Origin: a virus
DNA length: 64,000 nt
Direction: 5' to 3' (one strand)
IMG/VR virus record: IMGVR_UViG_3300025769_000068
Made by a program: the position numbers and the translations under genes. Under the pieces are notes generated by a model that searched no databases, was not told where the DNA came from, and was given only the letters and a program-made list of their open reading frames with translations. The stretch's first letter is position 1. Every line of letters begins with the position of its first letter. Of this stretch, positions 1-9,600 are shown in pieces.

Positions 1-2
1 GC

Positions 3-1148
3 TCAGAGTGCCAGATTAGTGTTCTAGATGTTGGTGCTGGTTCTGTAGGTATTGTTTTTAATGACAACGGTGCTGACAGAGACCTTAGAATGGAAGGCGC
101 TAGCAATGATAATCTTTTCAGACTAGATGCTAGTGAAGATAGGATTGGTATTGGAACAGATATACCTCAAAGTACTTTAGATGTTAGTGGAGTGATAACT
201 GCTGACAGTGGTGTTTACAATGTTTTGGATATGAATCTTACGGAAGAAGCAAGTTATCCAACACATCAAGAAGGTAGGGTCTGGTATGATTCAGATTCCC
301 ACGCGCTTGTTGTATATAATGATGAGTCAGAAGTTACACAGCAGGTTGGGCAAGAGGAATATTTAAGAGTTAGAAATAATACTGGCTCTATTATCTTAAA
401 TGGTTCTGGTGTTAGAATTACAGGTAGTCACGGAAATGTAGCTCCAACTGTAGAATATGCTATAGCAAGCGGGGAAGATCTTTCAAGAGTTGTGGGTTTA
501 GCTACTCATGATATTGAACACAATTCCTTTGGATATGTTACAACTTATGGTTTAGTTAAAAATGTTAACACTGCTGCATTTACTGCTGGGGATGAGCTTT
601 TTCTTTCTGAAACTGATTATGGATCTTTTAAAAATACTTCTCCTAGAATTCCAAATTATTCTTCTCCAATTGGATATGTTGTAAGAGAAGCTACTAATGG
701 TTCTATATTAGTAGAACTTGGAAAACACAAACTCGGTGGTGGTGATGTTAAGTCTTTAGACATGGGAGTTAATGTTAGTGGTATACCATTTATAGAAGCT
801 TCTGGTAACGGAAATGCTATAGGTCTTGCAAATGTTGATAACTTTGTTTATGACAGCGGAAGTGCAAGGCTAGGAATTGGAACATCTAATCCCACATCAA
901 CTGTATCTGTAAGTGGTCAGTTAGAAGCTCTTGAGATATTACAAAGTGGATCATCTATAGCTTTAGACGCAGATCTCATTCATACGTCTGGAATGATAGA
1001 TAGTGTTTCTGGCAATATGCCATTACAAGGGACCATAGCAACCGCCAGCACAGCAGGAACTCTGGGTCAAATTAGGTGGGATTCAAATTATATTTATGTT
1101 TGCGTAGCTACAAATACTTGGAAAAGAGTTCTTTTATCCACATGGTGA
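3..1148 (+). CDS. Tail fibre-like or decoration structural protein, 5'-truncated
   Basis: The frame is open to the left window edge. Two RIGIGT-x-x-P-x-S-T-(L/V)-x-V-SG repeats and a C-terminal GQIRWDSNYIYVCVATNTWKR motif are typical of phage fibre proteins. Confidence 0.6.
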   Translation, partial: SECQISVLDVGAGSVGIVFNDNGADRDLRMEGASNDNLFRLDASEDRIGIGTDIPQSTLDVSGVITADSGVYNVLDMNLTEEASYPTHQEGRVWYDSDSHALVVYNDESEVTQQVGQEEYLRVRNNTGSIILNGSGVRITGSHGNVAPTVEYAIASGEDLSRVVGLATHDIEHNSFGYVTTYGLVKNVNTAAFTAGDELFLSETDYGSFKNTSPRIPNYSSPIGYVVREATNGSILVELGKHKLGGGDVKSLDMGVNVSGIPFIEASGNGNAIGLANVDNFVYDSGSARLGIGTSNPTSTVSVSGQLEALEILQSGSSIALDADLIHTSGMIDSVSGNMPLQGTIATASTAGTLGQIRWDSNYIYVCVATNTWKRVLLSTW

Positions 1149-1151
1149 TAT

Positions 1152-1634
1152 ATGCCTATTAATGTTCCACAATCTGTGTTCGATAAATACTTCGATGTGA
1201 TAGACTCCACGTTTAATATATTTGGAGTTACATGTCAACTTATATCTATAGAAAAAAAAGAAGTTATAGTATATAATCCAGATGATAATATACCAGATAA
1301 AAACTCTATAAATAATCACAGGCGAGGAGGCGGCACACATAATCGTGGAACTAAAACTATTAAAGAAACCGAAGTGTTGACCGACATAAAACTAAAAGTA
1401 TATTGGGATGAAAAACAGTGGACGGGAATTACTAAAGGGATCGTTGTTCCTGACGCATCTATTCAAACAATTGGATTTATGACTGACTTACCTAAAATTT
1501 TGTCTGCAAAACAATTATTGGTACATAAAGGTATTAAAGATTATAAAGAAATGAGATTTGAAAGAGTTGGAGAACACACACCTCTAGGATTAAAGCAAGA
1601 TAGATACTTTGCATGTTTTTGGAAGAGGGCTTAG
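1152..1634 (+). CDS. Putative head-closure or head-tail joining protein
   Basis: 160 aa, predicted beta-rich, first of three genes before the tail tube. Synteny only. Confidence 0.4.
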   Translation: MPINVPQSVFDKYFDVIDSTFNIFGVTCQLISIEKKEVIVYNPDDNIPDKNSINNHRRGGGTHNRGTKTIKETEVLTDIKLKVYWDEKQWTGITKGIVVPDASIQTIGFMTDLPKILSAKQLLVHKGIKDYKEMRFERVGEHTPLGLKQDRYFACFWKRA

Positions 1635-1635
1635 T

Positions 1636-2265
1636 ATGGCTATCACACTTAATCTTGTAGACACTGTGGCTAGTTTTACTAAGAAGGTTAATGCTTCTAT
1701 TGCGGGAACATTTAATCAGCTTTTGTTTAGAAAGAAAAATAGAATAGACTTAGATATTAGAATGTTTGTAGAGCAACAAATTTTAGCTCAACCAGAAGTA
1801 AGAGAATTATTAGAAGAGAACGGGCCGGATAGTTTAACGGCTATGTTGGGTATTACAAACGCGGAAGCTTTAAATGCAATAAACGCTTTAGTTAAAACTA
1901 TTACTAGAATAATCAAAGTAAATATAGATAAAGTAGACGATAGATTAAATGGCGGTCTTGAGGTAATAATATCTGGCGTTGATGCTGGAGACATACCCGA
2001 GGCAATAAAGAGCGTACCTAACTCTAAACTAAATTGGTTAGAATGGTTATTAGAAAAAGGCGACACTCCAATTATTATTGGTTATAGATATTCAGCCTCA
2101 GATAAAGGTAGAACTGGCGGTGGGATCATGAAGCCCGGAGGTGTTTTTAGAATACCACCAAGTTTTTCAGGAACAGAAGAAGAGAATTTTATTATCAGAG
2201 CGCTGGTTGGAGAACCACAACAACAAGAAATAGAAAGAATTATAAGGAAAGCTCTAGATGTCTAA
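1636..2265 (+). CDS. Putative neck or tail-completion protein
   Basis: The ATG at 1636 (MAITLNL) follows the previous stop. Contains a WLEWLLEKG motif and lies between the closure-like and terminator-like genes. Confidence 0.4.
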   Translation: MAITLNLVDTVASFTKKVNASIAGTFNQLLFRKKNRIDLDIRMFVEQQILAQPEVRELLEENGPDSLTAMLGITNAEALNAINALVKTITRIIKVNIDKVDDRLNGGLEVIISGVDAGDIPEAIKSVPNSKLNWLEWLLEKGDTPIIIGYRYSASDKGRTGGGIMKPGGVFRIPPSFSGTEEENFIIRALVGEPQQQEIERIIRKALDV

Positions 2266-3235
2266 TAATAATCTCAAAGGTTTTAACAGCGTTTTTGACT
2301 CAACTCTTAACAATGAGTTGCAAGATAATATTATAGAATTCCTAGATTGGAATTTGTTAGGCAAAGGTAATTATTTCAATGTTACCAAAGGGGAAACTTC
2401 TCACAGCAATCAAGATTACAGCTTGTTAAAGCTTTCTTCGTATCCACACTACAACGCTGGTCAAGCTTGGGATGGTTTTAGGCAGAACTGGGTTTGGCAA
2501 AGTGGAGTTAATCCACCTTCTGGAATGACCGCCCCGATTGTTGGCGAAAACCATATGTATCCCGGTATATCTGGCGTATATGTAGATGACACATTCTACT
2601 CTTCAGATACTACCGGAGACTATGCTCACACGGTAGATTATTTCAATGGGAGGGTAGTTTTTGACAGCCCTATCCCTACTGGTAGCAAGGTTCAGGTAGA
2701 ACATAGTTATAAATATATTAATGTTATATACGGTAATAATGTTCCTTGGCTTAGAGAGATTCAATATAGAACCCTAGATGTGCCTTCTAATTTTAATAAT
2801 GGAAAAGGGGAATTTGAAATACCTTCAGAAATGAGAATACAACTACCCGCCATAGGTATAGAAGTAGTTCCAAGGAGAAGCTACAAGGGCTATCAGCTGG
2901 GTGGCGGTCAGTATATCTATACGGATGTGCTTTTTCATTGCATAGCTGAAGACGCTTACACAAGAAATCAGTTGTTAGACATGGTTTCTTTCCAAAATGA
3001 CAAAACAATAACATTATTTAATAATAATAATATAGCCAATAGCGGGGCTTTTCCCGTAGATTACAGGGGTGTTCCCGTATCTGGCGCTCTTAGATATCCA
3101 GATTTAATTGATAGTTATCAATCAAATCACATGAGATTTACGAATTTTACTGTTCAGGGCATGGAAATCATAAATAGCAACTTTTCAGCAGGAATAGCTC
3201 GTTGTACGGTAGAAGTAATTAAATCAAATATCTAA
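2258..3235 (+). CDS. Putative tail terminator protein with N-terminal extension
   Basis: Immediately upstream of the tail tube gene. The C-terminal part (LPAIGIEVVP...YQLGGG...DVLFHCIAEDAYTRNQLLD) resembles terminator-type folds. Confidence 0.45.
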   Translation: MSNNNLKGFNSVFDSTLNNELQDNIIEFLDWNLLGKGNYFNVTKGETSHSNQDYSLLKLSSYPHYNAGQAWDGFRQNWVWQSGVNPPSGMTAPIVGENHMYPGISGVYVDDTFYSSDTTGDYAHTVDYFNGRVVFDSPIPTGSKVQVEHSYKYINVIYGNNVPWLREIQYRTLDVPSNFNNGKGEFEIPSEMRIQLPAIGIEVVPRRSYKGYQLGGGQYIYTDVLFHCIAEDAYTRNQLLDMVSFQNDKTITLFNNNNIANSGAFPVDYRGVPVSGALRYPDLIDSYQSNHMRFTNFTVQGMEIINSNFSAGIARCTVEVIKSNI

Positions 3236-3239
3236 TTTT

Positions 3240-3249
3240 GTGTATATAA
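3240..3249 (+). promoter_or_regulatory. Candidate late-promoter motif GTGTATAWWA
   Basis: GTGTATATAA lies in the intergenic gap before the tail tube gene. The same motif occurs at 24045 and 34338. Confidence 0.45.
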
Positions 3250-3285
3250 AAATAGAGTTTTCCAACTTACCAAGGAGAGAATATA

Positions 3286-4311
3286 ATGGCAAATAATAGA
3301 GTATTTTATGCCTGCCAAGCTGTGGTCATCGGAGATAATGGTGATCAAAATTCCAGAACAATACATGGCGTACAAAGTGTGGGCATTACAACGAACTTTA
3401 ATCTAGAGCAAGCATTTGAGCTTGGTCAGATTCAAATTTACGAAAATATTGAAGGTCTTCCAGATGTTGAGGTAACGCTGGAAAAGGTACTTGATGGACA
3501 TCCACTTATTTACCACGCTGCAACGCCCGGAGCTACTGTCAATACATTAGTTAACAGATCAAAACTTAGATGTAATGTTGGTCTTGGTATTTACCCAGAT
3601 GATCAAGATGCTGTAACTGGTGCTGCACCAGCAGAAGTCCATATGTCTGGAATGTATTTGAGCAGTATTTCTTATACTATTCCAGCAGATGGAAATGCAA
3701 CCGAATCTGTAACCTTGGTAGGAAACGATAAAAGTTGGAATTCTGATAGTCCCACTCTTGTAACATCTGCTAGAGCCTCGGAAATTCCAGAAGATGGTGA
3801 TGGTAAAGGTACTGATGCTCCATTTTCAGGCAGTGGTGTTGCTAGGCGTGAGAATGTAGACCTTGCAAACACTATATTGCCAGCAGCTATTTTTGGCGCT
3901 CAAGGATCTGGAATTGGAAACGGTTTGTCTGGTGGTGTTCCAGCTGTTCATATTCAAAACTTTACTTGTAGTACGGATTTGGCTCGTGAAGATATTCTAG
4001 AACTTGGTAGAAAAGCTCCTTACTATCGTTCGCCTAATTTCCCAGTAGAAGTAACTTCTGAGTTTGAAGTGATTGCCATTTCTGGTGATTATATTTCTTG
4101 CGAAGAAGGCGCTGATGCTAACACTTCAGAGGAAATTATCAAAGTTGCTCTTGACAATGGCACAACTTTCGATCTTGGTGGTAAGAATAGACTGTCATCC
4201 GTAACTTACGGTGGAGGTGACGCTGCTGGAGGTAACGCCACAATTACTTACTCATATAGCACCTTTAATGACTTAACAGTTAAAAGTAATACTGATCCAG
4301 CCGGACTTTAG
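3286..4311 (+). CDS. Major tail (tube) protein
   Basis: 341 aa, Gly/Ser/Thr-rich, strong SD (AAGGAG). Two internally similar halves (GVQSVGITTNFNLEQAFELG and HIQNFTCSTDLAREDILELG). Located upstream of the chaperones and TMP. Confidence 0.7.
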   Translation: MANNRVFYACQAVVIGDNGDQNSRTIHGVQSVGITTNFNLEQAFELGQIQIYENIEGLPDVEVTLEKVLDGHPLIYHAATPGATVNTLVNRSKLRCNVGLGIYPDDQDAVTGAAPAEVHMSGMYLSSISYTIPADGNATESVTLVGNDKSWNSDSPTLVTSARASEIPEDGDGKGTDAPFSGSGVARRENVDLANTILPAAIFGAQGSGIGNGLSGGVPAVHIQNFTCSTDLAREDILELGRKAPYYRSPNFPVEVTSEFEVIAISGDYISCEEGADANTSEEIIKVALDNGTTFDLGGKNRLSSVTYGGGDAAGGNATITYSYSTFNDLTVKSNTDPAGL

Positions 4312-4348
4312 TATATAATTTATTAGGAATATAAAGGAAACAAAACAA

Positions 4349-4404
4349 ATGGGAAACTCCCGCAGTGAGGTTACGTAATGAACCATCATGAGCGGGAGTT
4401 TTTT
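4349..4404 (+). promoter_or_regulatory. uORF plus hairpin covering the start of the 4378 gene (attenuator-like)
   Basis: AAACTCCCGC (4354-4363) pairs perfectly with GCGGGAGTTT (4392-4401) and runs into a T tract. A 9-codon uORF (4349-4378) ends in a TAATG overlap with the next gene. Confidence 0.5.
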
Positions 4405-5412
4405 ATTTATAAAATTAGATCTGGAAAAGCATATTTACCTAAAGGTTTAGTAGTACACCCCTTTACAGTAGAGTTAAATATAGAATCTTGCATTATATAT
4501 AATAATGCTTACGAGCAAGCGTTTGATGACGAAATAATGACTGAAAAGGAAACAGAGTCTTGGATGATGGATCATGGGCTATGGTCTGAAGAAAAAGAAG
4601 AAAGAGTAAATGGATTAAAGAAAGACATTGAAAAGCTTAAGGTAGAAATTTATAAATCTCGCCACAATTCAGAGCTAGTAGAAAGAATCAGAAAATATAT
4701 TAGAGCTGGAGAAAAACAACTAAACGAAGAACTACAAATTAAAAATTCTTATAATCAAAATACTTGCGAAGGAATAGCGTATACGGAAAAACTAGAATAT
4801 CTGATAGAAAATAGTACATATAAAAATAATGAACTATATGATTTTGAAGATATTGGTATAAATGAAGCTTTATTTTACTGGCACAAATCTTTAATTACAG
4901 AGCAACAGTGTAGAGAACTAGCCAGAACTGAACCTTGGAAGTCATTGTGGAACATATACGAAAAGTCTGGAGCAAAGTTATTTTTTAACAAAGATGATGA
5001 GGACATAACATATAATCAAACAACACTTACTATGTGGTCTCAAATGTATGATAACATACAAGAGTCTATGGACTGTCCCACAAAAGAAGTTATAGAAGAT
5101 GATGATATGTTAGATGGCTGGTTTATAGTACAGGCAGAAAAACGAGAACAAGAAAAAGCAGAAAATGAATTTGATAATAACACTAATGAAAAGGTAAAAA
5201 ATTCTGACGAAGTATTTGTTATGGCAAAAAATGAAAATGATATTAACAGAGTGGAAAACATGAATAGCCTTGATAGCAAAGTGGTAAAGAAGCAAAGGGC
5301 TGCCGTGATGAAAAAGAAGGGATCTGCCCAACAGCAAGATTTCAAAGATGAAATAATGAAACAAAAAACAAAACAGATGGAAGCCTTTAAAGGAAAGTTT
5401 GGAGGAAAATAA
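4378..5412 (+). CDS. Putative tail assembly chaperone-like protein
   Basis: 344 aa, charged and helical, between tube and TMP. Shares a segment (IMTEKE...WSEEKE) with the 5754 protein (IMTKKE...WNEDKD). Confidence 0.45.
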   Translation: MNHHEREFFIYKIRSGKAYLPKGLVVHPFTVELNIESCIIYNNAYEQAFDDEIMTEKETESWMMDHGLWSEEKEERVNGLKKDIEKLKVEIYKSRHNSELVERIRKYIRAGEKQLNEELQIKNSYNQNTCEGIAYTEKLEYLIENSTYKNNELYDFEDIGINEALFYWHKSLITEQQCRELARTEPWKSLWNIYEKSGAKLFFNKDDEDITYNQTTLTMWSQMYDNIQESMDCPTKEVIEDDDMLDGWFIVQAEKREQEKAENEFDNNTNEKVKNSDEVFVMAKNENDINRVENMNSLDSKVVKKQRAAVMKKKGSAQQQDFKDEIMKQKTKQMEAFKGKFGGK

Positions 5413-5413
5413 C

Positions 5414-5752
5414 ATGGACGAAGGAAAAACAAATTACAAACAAGCTCGTGATAGTAAATACAAAGTAGCTTCTAGAGAAAGATTATCTAAAATTCTTAAA
5501 AAGAAAATTCAAACTACCATGATAGGAGCTTTAAGTAGTATTGAAGAAAATCTGGGTTTTTTATGGGGAGGCGATGAAGGGTCAACAAAAGATCAGCAAG
5601 TTATGAAAGATATATATCAGAAAATTAGATCTGAAATATTAGACAAAGGAAATAATCAGGCTCGAAATATTGATGCGGAGTTAGCTCAGTATGATGTGGA
5701 ATGGTTAAAATATTCAGTTACAATTCCAGTAATTACAAAAAAGGAGAAATAG
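5414..5752 (+). CDS. Hypothetical protein (tail assembly region)
   Basis: ATG at 5414 preceded by GGAGG; 112 aa. Confidence 0.6.
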   Translation: MDEGKTNYKQARDSKYKVASRERLSKILKKKIQTTMIGALSSIEENLGFLWGGDEGSTKDQQVMKDIYQKIRSEILDKGNNQARNIDAELAQYDVEWLKYSVTIPVITKKEK

Positions 5753-5753
5753 G

Positions 5754-6581
5754 ATGGACAAGGAAAAACAAAGACAGGTAGAAGTAAACGTTGACGGTGA
5801 AAAAATCAAGATCATTGTCAAAAAACCAGTTGGTGCTGTTCAAAATAGAGCAACTAGATATGCCGCCAAAGTGTGGAGCGAGTGTTTAACCGATGGCATT
5901 ATGACTAAAAAGGAATTACGACTGTTTATGAAAAATCGTAATATATGGAATGAGGACAAAGATGAAGAAGAAAAGAATATTAGCAAGAAAATTGCAGAAC
6001 TTGAAAAACAACTTGCTTTTGGTAAAAGTGGCAGTAAGAGAGTAAGCGCTGGTGAAGGTAAAGATATTGCTATACAAATTAGAGAAAAACGAATAGAACT
6101 AAGAGATCTAATTGGAGAAAGATTGTCTCTTGAGGGAAATACAGCAGAATCGCTTTCTGATAATGCAAGATTTGACTATCTAGTATCTTCTTGTACTTAC
6201 TACGAAAATGGCGAAAAAGTGTATAAATCACTAGAAGATTATGATGAAAAATCGGATAGCGACATAGCACTAGCAGCTGCCACTACAATGGCACAGATGA
6301 TGTACTCTCTGGATAAGGATTTTGAGAAATCCCTACCAGAAAACGTTTTTCTTAATAAGCACCACTTCACGAATAATGATGGAGCTTTAGTCAATAAGGA
6401 AGGCGAAATGGTAGATCTAGATGGCAGACGGATTAATGAGTTTGGTCATTTTCTTAACGATAAAGGTGAACGGGTCGATGTTGATGGTAACTTATTAGAC
6501 GAAGAGGGTAGGTATATAACTACTGTGGATTACGTCGATGAGACTGTCAAGAAAACTCGTAAAACAAAAACGGACGGATAG
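5754..6581 (+). CDS. Putative tail assembly chaperone
   Basis: 275 aa, directly before the TMP. C-terminal short (V/L)-(D/N)-x-(D/E/K)-G repeats. Confidence 0.5.
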   Translation: MDKEKQRQVEVNVDGEKIKIIVKKPVGAVQNRATRYAAKVWSECLTDGIMTKKELRLFMKNRNIWNEDKDEEEKNISKKIAELEKQLAFGKSGSKRVSAGEGKDIAIQIREKRIELRDLIGERLSLEGNTAESLSDNARFDYLVSSCTYYENGEKVYKSLEDYDEKSDSDIALAAATTMAQMMYSLDKDFEKSLPENVFLNKHHFTNNDGALVNKEGEMVDLDGRRINEFGHFLNDKGERVDVDGNLLDEEGRYITTVDYVDETVKKTRKTKTDG

Positions 6582-6618
6582 CCAAAGGGATAGTGTGCAG
6601 CATTACTAGAGAGATACT

Positions 6619-9600
6619 ATGTCTAAATTTAATCTCACTGCACAAATACAGTTACAAGCACCTAAAAATGCTGCACAAGTTGTAAACCAAATACAGCGTC
6701 AGTTGCAGAATATTAATGTTAATGTAAACCTCAAAGGCGCTCCACAGGCTCAACGTCAAATACAGAATTTGGCTAAGTCTACAAGTCAAGCTGCTAATGC
6801 TAGCACCAAGCTAGGTAAAGCTTTAACTGCTTCTATCAAAAGATATGCCGGTTTAGCTATTGCTACTAGGGCTGTTAGTTTATTTACTAATACTCTTAGT
6901 AATGCTGTGCAAGAATCTATAGATTTTCAGAGAGAGCTTATAAAGGTGGCTCAAGTTACTGGAAAGTCTTTGCAAGAACTTAAAGGTCTTACTTCTGAAA
7001 TTACTAGGCTATCGACTTCTTTAGGTGCTGCCTCTAGCTCTTTAATTGGAGTTAGTAGGATACTTTCTCAGGCGGGTCTTAGCGCTAATGAAACTAGGAT
7101 AGCTCTTGATGCTTTGGCTCGATCTACTTTAGCTCCTACCTTTGATAACATTACACAAACTGCTGAAGGCGCAGTTGCTATCTTTAATCAGTTTAGAGAA
7201 GGCGCTCAAGCTTTAGAAAAACAGTTGGGTGCTATTAATGCTGTTGCTGGTCAATTCGCTGTTGAGGCGGGTGATTTGATTGCTGTTATTCGTCGTACTG
7301 GAGGTGTGTTTAAATCTGCTGGTGGTGATTTAAATGAACTGATTGCGTTATTTACTAGTGTTAGAGCAACAACGCGAGAGTCAGCAGAAAGTATTGCTAC
7401 TGGTTTACGTACCATCTTTACTAGAATACAAAGACCTAAAACTATAGAATTCTTAAGAGAATTTGGTGTTGAACTTGTAGGTTTGGATGGCAAGTTTGTT
7501 GGTCCGTATGAAGCTGTTAAAAGATTGAGCGCAGCTCTTGCTGGACTTGAACAAGGTGACTTAACATTTATTAAAATTGCTGAAGAACTTGGTGGCTTTA
7601 GACAGATTGGTAAAGTCATTCCTTTAATTCAAGAATTTAGAATAGCTCAAGAAGCATTAAATGTTGCAATTGCTGGTGGTGATTCTCTTACGAAAGATGC
7701 TTTAACAGCACAACAGGCGTTAGCTGTACAGATTGCTAAAGTTAGAGAACAATTTTTAGCATTAATTAGAGGTGTATTTGAAAGTCAATCTTTTCAATTA
7801 TTTGCAAAAACTTCTTTAAACATAGCGTCTGCTTTACTTAAAGTTGGTGAAGCGTTAAAACCACTTATTCCACTGCTTACTACTTTTGCTGCTATAAATA
7901 TTGCCAGAGGTGCTGCTGGACTTATTGGAGGTTTATCTCGCCCAAGAGGATTTAACGCAGGTGGTATGGTTCCCGGTAGTGGTAATAGAGATACAGTCCC
8001 TGCGATGCTTACGCCGGGAGAATTTGTAATACGTAAAAGTAGTGTTGCTAGCATAGGTGCTGAAAATCTTGCGTCTATGAATAAATATGCATACGGTGGA
8101 ACTGTTAAAAGTTTAGGTACAACTTATACTTCTATACCAAGAACTAAAGGTTATGACAAATTACAAAATAGAAGAGTGCAAGATAATTCTAAATTTGTAA
8201 AAGTAATACCTAATGAAAAAGATTTGGACGTATGGAACAATTCAAGATCGTTTAAACATGGAGACAAATTTGAAGAAGTTTTAGCTAAATCACGAAGATT
8301 TAACACTGGACGACGAGCCACGGGGCCATTTGATATTTTAGATTTTCCTCAAACAAGATCTGAAGCTAAATTTTTACCTTTAAATGCAAGGTATGGAAAA
8401 GGAGAAAATGACAGAAACGCAAAGGGTAATACTGGTAAAAGTATTGCTGCTAAGAATTTTCTTTTTGAAAATAGCCGTGGCACGAATAGAAGACCTAGTT
8501 CGTTGTCAACTACTGCTTTAGCTGGAAAACCCGTTACAACCTACTATACAGATCCTAGTCTATGGTTGAAAAAGATGGCTACTGGCGGTGGAGTTTCTGG
8601 AACAGATACAGTTCCAGCGATGTTGACTCCCGGTGAGTTTGTAATGAACAAAGCATCTGCACAAAATATTGGTTACAGTAATTTAAACCGTATGAATAAA
8701 GTTGGTAAGTATGCTAATGGTGGTATAGTTCAAGGATTTAATACTGGTGGAACAATACGTTCGCCTCTTCTTAGTGGGGGAACATCGAAAGGAACTGTTC
8801 CAGTTTCTATACAGTCAGTTTCTAGCGTAGCTGCTTCTATGCTAGGTGGTGGATTGGGCGGTGGGGGTGGCGTTATTGCTAGCGCTGCTAGCGGAGGAGG
8901 TTCTGGCCCAAGAGGTTTAGTCGCTGCAAAAGGAACAAAAAGGGGTAATCTACCATCTAAATCTAGAAGTGTTGATAGCCTTAGTGGTATTGGTTTTGGT
9001 TTAACGGCAGCAACTGCTGCTCTTGCTACTTTCGCTCCGACTGTTGATGAAAATAGTAATGCTCAAGAAAGGGCTATCGCCGCTCTTGCTAATTCTGCCA
9101 CAACATTAGCTGCGACTTTTGGTGGTTTAGCATCTATTAGTGAATCGTTTGGTGTTAGCCTTGGTGATGCTTTTAGAGGCGGTTTAGGTAAAAAAGCTAA
9201 GAACGCCGTTCAAGAAGACATAATAGCAAGAAGTCAAGCCAAAGCGTCTGGTATAAAGCAAAGTGCTAGAGATAGAACTAAAGCTGATATAGAAAGTGGA
9301 CAAATAGATTTAAGCACATCGAAGGGTAGAGAAACAGCAAGAAAAAGAGCAGAAAAAGCTAGAAAAAGTGCGGCGGGAGTTGAAAGGCGTGGACGAGGTT
9401 TTGCAAGGGCGGGTGGATCTGCTGCTCAAGTTGGTACACAGGCTGCTGTAGGCGTTGCTGCTTTTACCGCTGCTTTTAACGCAGCTCAATCCTTAGCTCA
9501 AGTTTTCAAAGAATTAAGTGGTATTACTAAAGAAATGCAAGATGCTATAGAAGACGGTAATGTGGCTTTAGCTGAGAGAAAAGCGGCAGAAGCAAATGCA

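Noticed and set aside
4381-4389. AACCATCAT matches the reverse complement of the unit 2 right arm (possible self-target)
   Set aside because: A 9-nt match is expected by chance in 64 kb of AT-rich sequence with 12 arms, and the partner arm has no adjacent match.
5736-5745. A-AAA-AAG slippery site as a tail-chaperone -1 frameshift
   Set aside because: The -1 frame is not the frame of the 5754 ORF and stops after about a dozen codons. The motif is also explained by the AAGGAG SD of the next gene.
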